Positions 11,541-19,662 of a DNA stretch of 64,000 nucleotides are shown piece by piece. A program made the translations under genes and the position numbers. This DNA is from an uncultured Actinomycetota bacterium. Its GTDB lineage: Bacteria; Actinomycetota; Actinomycetes; Propionibacteriales; Nocardioidaceae. The notes under the pieces were generated by a model. That model searched no databases. It saw nothing but the letters and a program-made list of their open reading frames with translations, and was not told the DNA's origin. Position 1 is the first letter of the stretch, and the number at the start of each line of letters is the position of its first letter. The stretch lies in contig CAWIBA010000006.1 of NCBI GenBank assembly GCA_963834275.1, positions 19,129 to 83,128 of the forward strand, in the 5' to 3' direction.

Positions 11541-12827
11541 ATGCGCGAGGCACTCTCCGCCCTGACCACCCGAGGTCGAGCGTTCCTCGCCGCCGGGATC
11601 ACCGCCACGGCGTGCGCGCTGCTGCTCGGCTACGACGAGCTGGTCCGGGTGGGCGCCCTGCTCGTGCTCCTGCCCCTCGCGACAGCCTGGTTCCTCGGCC
11701 GCAGCCGGTACCGGCTCGGTCTGGTGCGCACCCTCACGCCCTCGCAGGTCACGGCCGGCCAGCAGTCCCGGGTGACCGTCGACCTGACCAACGACGGCCG
11801 GATGCCGACCGGGCTGCTGCTGCTCGAGGACCAGCTGCCCTACGTGCTGGGCAGCCGGCCGCGGTTCGTCGTCGACCGGATGGGACCCCGCTGGCGGCGG
11901 CAGGTCGGGTACGTCGTTCGCTCGGACGTGCGCGGGAAGTTCACGGTGGGGCCGATGAAGGTGCGCCTCAGCGACCCGTTCGGCATGGTCGAGCTCGACC
12001 GCACCTTCCAGACCACGTCCAAGCTCGTGGTCACGCCGCGCGTGATCCCGCTGCCGCCGGTGCCGCTGTCGGGGGCGTGGACCGGCTCCGGCGACAACCG
12101 ACCCCGTGCGTTCGCCAGCGGCAGCGCCGAGGACGTCACCGTCCGGGAGTACCGCCGGGGCGACGACCTGCGCCGGGTGCACTGGCGCAGCAGCGCGCAC
12201 GCCGGCGAGCTGATGGTGCGCCGGGAGGAGCAGCCGTGGCAGTCGCGGGCCACCCTGTTCCTCGACAACCGCAAGATCGCGCACGCCGGCTCGGGGGCCG
12301 CGTCGTCGCTCGAGCACGCCGTCGTGGTGGCGGCCTCGATCGGCGTGCACCTGGTCCAGCGCGGCTTCAACGTCCGGCTGGTGACCGCGTCCGGTGAGGA
12401 GAGCGCGCCGCAGTGGCACGACCACGGCGCGCAGGCCGCCGAGACCGGTCCGCTGCTCGAGTCGCTGGCCGTGGTCAGCGACGCCGCGCACCCGCACATC
12501 GACGTCCGGTGGCTGCAGGACGGGGGCCACAGTGGCCTGCTCATCGCCGTCCTCGGCGCCGTCGCCGAGCACGACCGCCCGGTGCTCACCCGGATGCGGC
12601 ACTCGGCCGCGGCCGCGATGGCCTTCACCCTCGACGTACCCGCCTGGGGTCGCGGGCGTGCGCCGGCCGAGCCGGTGGTGCCGTGGCTGACCGCGCACGG
12701 CTGGCGCGCGGTGTCGGCCGGGCCCCGGGACTCCGTGCCGTGGACCTGGCAGGAGCTCGGGCTGCTCGGGAAGTCGCGGCAGGCCGACGTCCGGGCCACC
12801 GGCGCCGCGCTCCGGGGGATGTCGTGA
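11541..12827 (+). CDS. DUF58 domain protein
   Basis: Start MREALSALT; VREYRRGDDLRRVHWRSSA and LMVRREEQ motifs; follows moxR. Confidence 0.92.
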   Translation: MREALSALTTRGRAFLAAGITATACALLLGYDELVRVGALLVLLPLATAWFLGRSRYRLGLVRTLTPSQVTAGQQSRVTVDLTNDGRMPTGLLLLEDQLPYVLGSRPRFVVDRMGPRWRRQVGYVVRSDVRGKFTVGPMKVRLSDPFGMVELDRTFQTTSKLVVTPRVIPLPPVPLSGAWTGSGDNRPRAFASGSAEDVTVREYRRGDDLRRVHWRSSAHAGELMVRREEQPWQSRATLFLDNRKIAHAGSGAASSLEHAVVVAASIGVHLVQRGFNVRLVTASGEESAPQWHDHGAQAAETGPLLESLAVVSDAAHPHIDVRWLQDGGHSGLLIAVLGAVAEHDRPVLTRMRHSAAAAMAFTLDVPAWGRGRAPAEPVVPWLTAHGWRAVSAGPRDSVPWTWQELGLLGKSRQADVRATGAALRGMS

Positions 12828-15229
12828 GCCGCCGCCACCTCGGCCTACCGGCGACCGCGCTCGTCTCGGCCCTCGCGGCGCTGACGACGTGGGTCACCCT
12901 GGTCGCCTGGACGCCCTTCTCGGAGCGGCCGAGCGCCTACATGGTGCCGCTGGCGTGGGCGGGCGTCCTCGTCGCGGGCACGGGGGCGCTGCTGCGCGCG
13001 GCCCGGCTGCCCGCGGTGCTCGTGCTGCTGGGGCAGCTCACGGTCGTCGGCGGATGGCTGCACCACCGGTGGGCGGCCACGGAGGCCTGGGGCGGCTGGC
13101 TGCCCACCGGCGACTCCCTGCGACTGGTCGGCCTGACCCTGACCGACGCGGCCGAGGTGGCCCAGTCGTTCGCGGCACCGGTCCCCGGCGCCGCGGTCGG
13201 CTTCGCGCCGCTGATGATCGTTTCGGGGGCGGCCACCATGCTGCTCGTCGACCTCATCGCCTGCGGGCTGCGCTATGCGCCCGTCGCCGGGCTGCCCCTG
13301 CTCGCGGCGTACACCGCTCCGATCAGCATCCTCGACGGCGGCGTCTCGTGGCTGAAGTTCGCGGCCGCGGCCCTGTGCTTCCTGGCCCTGATCGCCGCGC
13401 AGGAGGCGTCCCGTCTGGGCCACTGGGGGCGCCAGCTCGGCCCGGGCCGGATCTTCGACAGCCAGAGCACCGAGGTGACCAACCAGGCGCTGTGGTCCTC
13501 GGCCCGCAAGATCGGCGTCACCGCCACCGGCCTCGCCGTCGTCGTCCCGCTCCTGCTGCCGACGTTCACGCTCACCCTGTTCGACGGCTTCGGCGACGGG
13601 CCCGGCGGCGGCGGTGACTCCGTGGCCCTGTCCAACCCGATGACGAACATGCAGCGCGACCTGTCCCGCGGTCCCGACATCGACCTGGTCCGGGTCACGA
13701 CCGCGGACCCCGACGACGGAAGGTATTTGCGGACCACCGTGCTGGACCGCTTCGACGGGGAGGCCTGGCGGCCCGCGAACCGCTCGATCCCCCAGTCCCA
13801 GCGCGCCGCCGGGGTGGTGCCCCGGCCCCCAGGGCTCGACGCCGGCATCGAGCGCGAGACCGTCGAGTGGCAGGTCGACGTGAACCCCGACTTCCAGTCC
13901 CGGTGGCTGCCGGCGCCGTACCCCGTGGTCCGGATCGATGCCCCCGGTGACTGGCGCTACGACCGCGGGACGCTGGACTTCATCTCGGCCGACCGGGGCC
14001 AGGACGCCGGCGGCCTGAGCTACGACCTGGACGCCCTGCGGGTGAGCCCGACCGCCGCGCAGCTGGCCGACGCGGGCCCGGCACCGGCGACCGTGTTCGG
14101 GCCGATGACCGAGCTCCCGGAGCTGCCGCCGTCGGTGACCGCGCTCGCCCGCGACCTGACCGCCGACGTGGACTCCAAGTTCGAGAAGGCGGTCGCCCTG
14201 CAGCAGTGGTTCCGGGTCGAGGGCGGCTTCGAGTACTCGCTCGACCGGGCCCCGGGCAACGGTCTGGAGGAGCTCGAACGGTTCCTGACCGAGGGCCGGA
14301 GCGGCTACTGCGAGCAGTTCGCGACCGCGATGGCCCTGATGGGGCGCTCGCTCGCGATCCCGTCCCGGGTCGCGGTCGGCTTCCTGCGGCCCGACCAGCT
14401 CGACGACGACACCTACGTCTACAGCGCCCACGACCTGCACGCCTGGCCCGAGATGTACTTCGAGGGCACCGGCTGGGTGCGCTTCGAGCCGACCCCCGGC
14501 GTGCGGGCGGCGACGGTGCCCACCTACACCCGCCAGGACATCGACCAGGTGGACCCCTCGGCCCCCGCCTCGAGCTCCGCCCCCCGCCCCAGCCAGCTCA
14601 ACCGGTTCGACCAGCCCGTCGTCCCCGCCGCGGACGCCGGCGGTGGGGGCGGCGTCGACGGGCGCGCGGTCCTGGCCGGGCTCGGGGGCATGCTCGCCGT
14701 GACGGCGCTGGTGCTGTCCCCCCGCTCGCTGCGGGCCTGGCTGCGCCGGCGCCGCTGGGACGACGCCACGGAGCCGGCGCGGCTCGCGGAGGCCGCCTGG
14801 GCCGAGCTGCGGGACAGCGCGCTGGACCTCCGGATCGCCTGGGACGACACGGTGACGGTCCGGTCCCGGGCCCGGGACCTGGCCGGCTCCTTCGCCCTGC
14901 CCGGTGCCTCCGACGACGCGCTCGCCCGAGCCGCGCAACGCGGTGCTGCCGCCCACCCGGAGGCGGTGCACGCCCTGGACCGGCTGGTGCGATTGGTGGA
15001 GCTCGCCCGCTACGCCCGCCGGGTGCCGCCGTCCGCGGCCGAGGTGGACTCCGCCCGATCCGACGTCGACACCTGTGTCGCGGCGCTGCGCGCCGGCGCC
15101 AGCCGGCGGAGCCGGACCCGCGCCACCTGGCTGCCCGCCTCCCTGCTCGCGAGCTGGGGCACGGCCCGCGACGGCCGTCGTCGGCTCGGGGTCCGCCTGG
15201 ACGAGCCCGGGGTGGACCGGGCGGTCTGA
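12824..15229 (+). CDS. Membrane-bound transglutaminase-like protein (TgpA/DUF3488 + TGc)
   Basis: Multi-TM N-terminus; GYCEQFA, HAWPE and FEPTP catalytic motifs; GTGA overlap with the DUF58 gene. Confidence 0.9.
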   Translation: MSRRHLGLPATALVSALAALTTWVTLVAWTPFSERPSAYMVPLAWAGVLVAGTGALLRAARLPAVLVLLGQLTVVGGWLHHRWAATEAWGGWLPTGDSLRLVGLTLTDAAEVAQSFAAPVPGAAVGFAPLMIVSGAATMLLVDLIACGLRYAPVAGLPLLAAYTAPISILDGGVSWLKFAAAALCFLALIAAQEASRLGHWGRQLGPGRIFDSQSTEVTNQALWSSARKIGVTATGLAVVVPLLLPTFTLTLFDGFGDGPGGGGDSVALSNPMTNMQRDLSRGPDIDLVRVTTADPDDGRYLRTTVLDRFDGEAWRPANRSIPQSQRAAGVVPRPPGLDAGIERETVEWQVDVNPDFQSRWLPAPYPVVRIDAPGDWRYDRGTLDFISADRGQDAGGLSYDLDALRVSPTAAQLADAGPAPATVFGPMTELPELPPSVTALARDLTADVDSKFEKAVALQQWFRVEGGFEYSLDRAPGNGLEELERFLTEGRSGYCEQFATAMALMGRSLAIPSRVAVGFLRPDQLDDDTYVYSAHDLHAWPEMYFEGTGWVRFEPTPGVRAATVPTYTRQDIDQVDPSAPASSSAPRPSQLNRFDQPVVPAADAGGGGGVDGRAVLAGLGGMLAVTALVLSPRSLRAWLRRRRWDDATEPARLAEAAWAELRDSALDLRIAWDDTVTVRSRARDLAGSFALPGASDDALARAAQRGAAAHPEAVHALDRLVRLVELARYARRVPPSAAEVDSARSDVDTCVAALRAGASRRSRTRATWLPASLLASWGTARDGRRRLGVRLDEPGVDRAV

Positions 15230-15237
15230 GGCGGGGC

Positions 15238-15369
15238 GGCCAATTCACTGGGTACCCAGTGAATTGGCCCGTTCCCACGGTGAACTCCCCGTGGGAACGG
15301 GACGATTACCACGGGACCGTGGTAATTGGCCGGGGCCGGAGACGACGAGACCCGGCCGGGGCCGGGTCT
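15238..15369. repeat. Cluster of four palindromes/hairpins (REP-like or terminator) between convergent genes
   Basis: Perfect 32-bp palindrome GGCCAATTCACTGGGTACCCAGTGAATTGGCC, then CCCGTTCCCACGG..CCGTGGGAACGGG, ATTACCACGG..CCGTGGTAAT and AGACCCGGC..GCCGGGTCT. Confidence 0.75.
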
Positions 15370-15396
15370 GCGCGGGAGGAGCCGAAGTCGGCGGGT

Positions 15397-15840
15397 TCAG
15401 AACCCGTTCTGGTCGCGGCGGCGGCGCCAGCGCTCCTCGAAGCGCTCCATCAGCGAGCCCTGCGACTGGCGACCCCGCGCCTGCTTGGGACCGCGCTTGC
15501 CGCTGCGCCCACCGTCGATCAGCGTGAACGGCGCGTGCGGGTCGGCCGGGGAGTCCTCCTCCGAGGCGGCCGGCTGACCGCGCCAGGAGGTCAGCGCGAC
15601 GTACGCCGACCCCAGCATCACCACGAAGCCGACGATGCCGACGATGGTCTGCGAGGTGACGGCACCGGTCATCAGGACGATGACGCCCAGCACGAAGGCG
15701 CCGGCGGCGATGTAGGCGCGGCGACGCTGACGGTGCCGGAGCTTGGAGCCCCGCATGGTCGAGGCCAGCTTGGGGTCCTCGGCGACCAGGGCGCGCTCCA
15801 TCTGCTCGAGCAGTCGCAACTCTTCTTCAGAGAGCGGCAC
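15397..15840 (-). CDS. DUF3040 family membrane protein
   Basis: MPLSEEELRLLEQMERALVAEDPKLA, two TMs, MERFEERWRRRRD C-terminus. Confidence 0.9.
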   Translation of the reverse strand: MPLSEEELRLLEQMERALVAEDPKLASTMRGSKLRHRQRRRAYIAAGAFVLGVIVLMTGAVTSQTIVGIVGFVVMLGSAYVALTSWRGQPAASEEDSPADPHAPFTLIDGGRSGKRGPKQARGRQSQGSLMERFEERWRRRRDQNGF

Positions 15841-15928
15841 GGCCACTACCTCCCGCCAGGTTCCTTGTGGTCTCAGTCTAGGCAGCAGTTCAATACGGCG
15901 GTACCCGACCCGAGAAAATTCACGCGGC

Positions 15929-16660
15929 TCAGGAGGACTCGAGGGCGACGATCTTCTTGCGGAGCGTCGCGGTCGCCCGGCTGTGCAGCTGGCTGACCCG
16001 TGACTCGGTGACCCCGAGGACCTGCCCGATCTCGGCGAGCGTGAGCCCCTCGAAGTAGTAGAGCGCGATCACCACCTGGTCGCGTTCGGCCAGCTCCTGG
16101 ACTACGCGCATCAGCAGCGCCTTGTCGTCGCCCTGCTCGACGGCGTGGTCGGCGGCGGACGCGAGCTCGTCGGCCAGGTCGAAGTCGTCGAGGTTGGCGT
16201 GCTGCCCGGTGGCCTGCTTGGTCAGGTCGCGGACCTGGTTCACCGGCATCCCGGCCTCGCGGGCGACCTCCTCCACCTCGGGGATCCGGCCGAGACGCTC
16301 CTCGAGGACCACCCGGGCGCGCTGCACCACCCGGACCTTGTCCCGCACCGACCGCGGCACGAAGTCCATCGCGCGCATGCCGTCGATGATGGCGCCGCGG
16401 ATCCGCGGCACCGCGAAGGTCTGGAAGGTCAGGCCGCGGTCGGGGTCGAACCGCTCCACCGCGTCCATGAGGCCGATCACGCCGTCGGAGACCAGGTCGT
16501 CGGGGTCGACGTTGTCGGGAAGCCGGGTCCGCATGCGGCCGGCGACGTACTTGACCAGCGGTGCGTACTGCATCACGAGCCGGTTGCGCAGCATGGTGTC
16601 GCCGGTGCGCTGGAACTCCTTCCACAACAGCAGGACCGAGTCCTGGTCCACCGACGTCAT
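15929..16660 (-). CDS. whiG: FliA/WhiG-family (sigma-28) RNA polymerase sigma factor
   Basis: Start MTSVDQD at 16660; YAPLVKYVAGR, DDLVSDGVIGLMDAVERFDP, RIRGAIIDGMR and LYYFEGLTLAEIGQVLGVTESRVSQLH motifs. Confidence 0.93.
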   Translation of the reverse strand: MTSVDQDSVLLLWKEFQRTGDTMLRNRLVMQYAPLVKYVAGRMRTRLPDNVDPDDLVSDGVIGLMDAVERFDPDRGLTFQTFAVPRIRGAIIDGMRAMDFVPRSVRDKVRVVQRARVVLEERLGRIPEVEEVAREAGMPVNQVRDLTKQATGQHANLDDFDLADELASAADHAVEQGDDKALLMRVVQELAERDQVVIALYYFEGLTLAEIGQVLGVTESRVSQLHSRATATLRKKIVALESS

Positions 16661-17193
16661 GCCAGCCCCCCGGTGCGGGTGTGCGGCCGCGCCAGGGCGA
16701 CCAGCGAGCTGGCCGGGTCCTCGCGGTAGCGGCTGATCAGCTCCTTGGTCGCCTGGTCCAAGCGGTCGTGCAGCGCGCGCCGGTAGTCGGTGAGCTGCTT
16801 CTCGGCGACCCGCAGCCGCCGGACGGCGTCGGCGACGGCCTCGGCGTCGTTGGGGTCGAGCTCGGTGACCCACATCTCCTGCAGGATCGGCAGCTCGGGG
16901 AGCGGTTCCGCCGTGTGCACGCTCACCAGCGCGGTGCGGCCCCGGCCCTGGCCGGTGTCGCCGAGCACCCGGACCAGCTCGTCGATCTGCAGGGGACGCT
17001 CGTGATGCGCCTCGGCCTCGAGGACGTCGATGCGGGCGTGCACCAGACGGCGCCAGTAGGAGACCCGCTCCTCCTCGTCGGCCAGCCGCCGCCGGTAGCC
17101 GCGCAGCCCGTCGAGCGACAGGTCCGCCCAGTGCCGGGGCGGGTCCTCGAACTCACGGACCGGTCCCGGCTCGGGCGGCGTGTGCTGGCTCAT
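16657..17193 (-). CDS. rsiG: RsiG-family anti-sigma factor (c-di-GMP binding)
   Basis: Two helical repeats EERVSYWRRLVHARID and EKQLTDYRRALHDRLD resembling E-x3-S-x2-R-x3-Q-x3-D; ELISRYR C-terminus; ATGA overlap with whiG. Start is ATG 17193 or GTG 17208. Confidence 0.85.
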   Translation of the reverse strand: MSQHTPPEPGPVREFEDPPRHWADLSLDGLRGYRRRLADEEERVSYWRRLVHARIDVLEAEAHHERPLQIDELVRVLGDTGQGRGRTALVSVHTAEPLPELPILQEMWVTELDPNDAEAVADAVRRLRVAEKQLTDYRRALHDRLDQATKELISRYREDPASSLVALARPHTRTGGLA

Positions 17194-17360
17194 GGTCGGG
17201 GTCGACACCTCGTCGAGAGCGTGGGCGGTCAGGGTCGGTGGGCCACGCTGACGTCGCCAGCACGGCCGGACGGGTCAACCTTCCCACCAATTCCGGGCGC
17301 GCGGGCGGAAGTGCAAAACGGCAGCCCGGACATCTTTTACCAAATAGTTCGTTAGGGCTA

Positions 17361-17388
17361 TCAAGGGTGGCTAATCGGACGCCGATGC
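17361..17388 (+). promoter_or_regulatory. Sigma-28/WhiG-type promoter
   Basis: TCAA-N16-GCCGATGC, preceded by an AT-rich stretch (17330-17360). Confidence 0.6.
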
Positions 17389-17393
17389 TTCCT

Positions 17394-17566
17394 GTGACTG
17401 ACTCGCAGCACCGCTCTTGGGAGGAGCGGTGGTGCGGGCTCACGATCCCCACCCGTGGGAGGCACCCCCCCTGCCGACCACGGAAGCCGGATGCTCCAGC
17501 CCCCCGGTGCACCGGCACAGCGGCCCCTAGTCCGATCTCGAGACGGACCGGGGGCCGCGGCGTTTT
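17394..17566 (+). ncRNA. Candidate 6C-like small RNA
   Basis: 5' hairpin 17394-17443, C7-loop hairpin 17453-17483, C6-loop hairpin 17486-17516, terminator-like hairpin 17520-17558 followed by TTTT; no credible ORF. Confidence 0.6.
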
Positions 17567-17584
17567 CCGGGGACGCCCGGCCGG

Positions 17585-18811
17585 TCACCGCTCGTCGAGC
17601 AGCGTGGCCGGCCGGACGGCCCGGTCGCCGAACCTCAGCACCGCCCGGTCGACCGCCCGGTCGGCCTCGGACCAGCCGTGCTCCCGGGCACCGAGGACCA
17701 GCTGGCGCTGCACCCGGTGCCGCGGCAGCAGCCCCTCGACCCGCACCCCGACCAGCCGGATCCGGGCCCGCTGGAGGCCGAGCGCGCCGAACAGGTCGGC
17801 CGCGGTCCGGTAGATCTCCCGGGTCACGTCGGTGGCCTCGCCCATCGTCCGGCTGCGGGTGATGGTGGTGAAGTCGGCGAAGCGCACCTTGAGCGTCACG
17901 GTGCGACCGGCCACCTGCGCGGTGCGCATCCGGCCGGCCACCTTGGCCGAGAGCCGGAGCAGCTCGCGGAGGACCACCTCCGGGTCGTCGGTGTCGCGCC
18001 CGAACGTCTCGTCGGCCCCCATGCTCTTGTCGGGCTCGTCGAGACCGCGGCGGGCGACCACCGTGCGGCTGTCGTGGCCCCAGGCGAGCTGGTGCAGCTG
18101 GGTGCCCATCGCGACCCCGACCGCACGGTGCAGGGTCGGCAGGGGCGTGTGCGCGAGGTCGCCGACGGTCATCAGGCCGAGCCGGTGCAGCAGCGAGGCG
18201 GTCTTCTCCCCCACCCCCCACAGCTCCTCGACGCCGAGGGGGTGCAGGAAGGTGGTGACCTCCTCGGGCGGCACCACCACCACGCCGTCGGGCTTCGCCC
18301 GCCGGGAGGCGAGCTTGGCGGTGCCGACGGTGCTCGCCACCCCCACGGAGCACGTGACCCGCTGCTCGTCGTGGATCCGGGCCCGCAGTCGCTCGGCGAT
18401 GGCGTAGGGCGACCCCAGCCGGCGCTGCGCCCCCGACACGTCGAGGAACGCCTCGTCGAGGGAGAGCACCTGCACCAGCGGGGTCACCTGCCGGAACGTC
18501 TCCATCACCGAGGCCGACACCGCGGTGAACACGTCGTAGTCGGGGGGTACGACGAGCAGCCCGGGGCAGATCCGGCGGGCCCGGGTCATCGGCATCGCGG
18601 ACCGGACGCCGTACTTCCGGGCCGGGTAGTTGGCCGAGAGCACCACGCCCCGGTGGCCACCCCCGACGGCGACCGGCACCTCGTGGAGCTCGGGCCGGTC
18701 GCGCAGCATCACCGACGCGTAGAAGGCGTCCATGTCGACGTGCAGGACCGGGCACCCCCACGACCGGTCGGCCCGGACCCCGGCGGCACGGCCGGTCACG
18801 GCCGCCGCCAC
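17585..18811 (-). CDS. dinB: DNA polymerase IV (Y family)
   Basis: LHVDMDAFYASV, SANYPARKYGVRSAMP, SLDEAFLD and AKPDG motifs. The start may be the GTG at 18799. Confidence 0.95.
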   Translation of the reverse strand: MAAAVTGRAAGVRADRSWGCPVLHVDMDAFYASVMLRDRPELHEVPVAVGGGHRGVVLSANYPARKYGVRSAMPMTRARRICPGLLVVPPDYDVFTAVSASVMETFRQVTPLVQVLSLDEAFLDVSGAQRRLGSPYAIAERLRARIHDEQRVTCSVGVASTVGTAKLASRRAKPDGVVVVPPEEVTTFLHPLGVEELWGVGEKTASLLHRLGLMTVGDLAHTPLPTLHRAVGVAMGTQLHQLAWGHDSRTVVARRGLDEPDKSMGADETFGRDTDDPEVVLRELLRLSAKVAGRMRTAQVAGRTVTLKVRFADFTTITRSRTMGEATDVTREIYRTAADLFGALGLQRARIRLVGVRVEGLLPRHRVQRQLVLGAREHGWSEADRAVDRAVLRFGDRAVRPATLLDER

Positions 18812-18823
18812 CGGTGGGGCCGG

Positions 18824-19616
18824 TCAGCCCCCGCGGCGGGTGGCCAAGGCGTGGATCTGGGTGGCGAGGGGAAGGTACTCCGGCCGCTCCGCGACGGCCT
18901 GCTCGAGCTCGAGGAGCCGCTCGGCGGCACCGGGCTCGAGGTCGACCAGCGAGCTCGGCACCAGGTCGACGAAGACCCGCACCGCGTGCATCGCCCGGGT
19001 GTCGAAGCCGGCGGCGTCGAGCACCGCGGCGACCTCCTCGGCGGCGAAGCGGCGGCCGCTCCCGCCGACCGGACCGGCGGGCTGCTCCGGCTGGTCGAGG
19101 ATCGTGCGGGCCTGGCCGAAGTGGCCGGCCATCGCCCGGGTGATGACCGCGGCGTGCCGCTGGTTGACCAGCAGGCTGAGCACACCCCCGGGCCGGAGCA
19201 CCGCGGCGATCGCGGCCAGCGCGGCGGGGACGTCGTCGACGATCTCGAGCACCCCGTGGCAGAGCACCACGTCGGCCCCACCCTCGGGGACCAGGTCGCT
19301 GCCGAGCTCCGCCCAGCGTGCCGAGGTCACCCTGGTGGGCGGTGACCAGGTCGGCGACGCCGCTCTCGTCGGCCCGCCGGGCCAGGATCGCGAGCGCGTC
19401 GGGGCTGGGGTCCACGACGGTGACCCGGTGGCCCAGCTCCGCGGCCCGGACTGCGAATCCGCCGGTGCCGCCGCCGATGTCGACGACCCGGGCCACCCCG
19501 TCGGTCGCGGCCGCGTCGGCGAGGGCCCCCCGCAGGGCGTCCCAGACCACGGCGGTGCGGGCGGCGCTGCGGCGCTGCAGGCTCGTGGTGTGGGTGCTGT
19601 GCTGGTCTCCCGGCAT
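18824..19616 (-). CDS. Class I SAM-dependent methyltransferase (one frameshift near 19315)
   Basis: VVDIGGGTGG and VDPSPDAL in one frame; DVVLCHGVLE and LRPGGVLS in another. TAGGGT -10 lies 7 nt before the ATG. Confidence 0.85.
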
Positions 19617-19662
19617 GGGATGAACCCTAGGCCACCCGCGCCCCCCGGCGAACGTCGCGCGC

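Noticed and set aside
17238-17813. ORFs across the rsiG-dinB intergenic region (17238..17813+, 17153..17518-)
   Set aside because: No SD, atypical composition and overlap with dinB or rsiG; RNA structure explains the region better.
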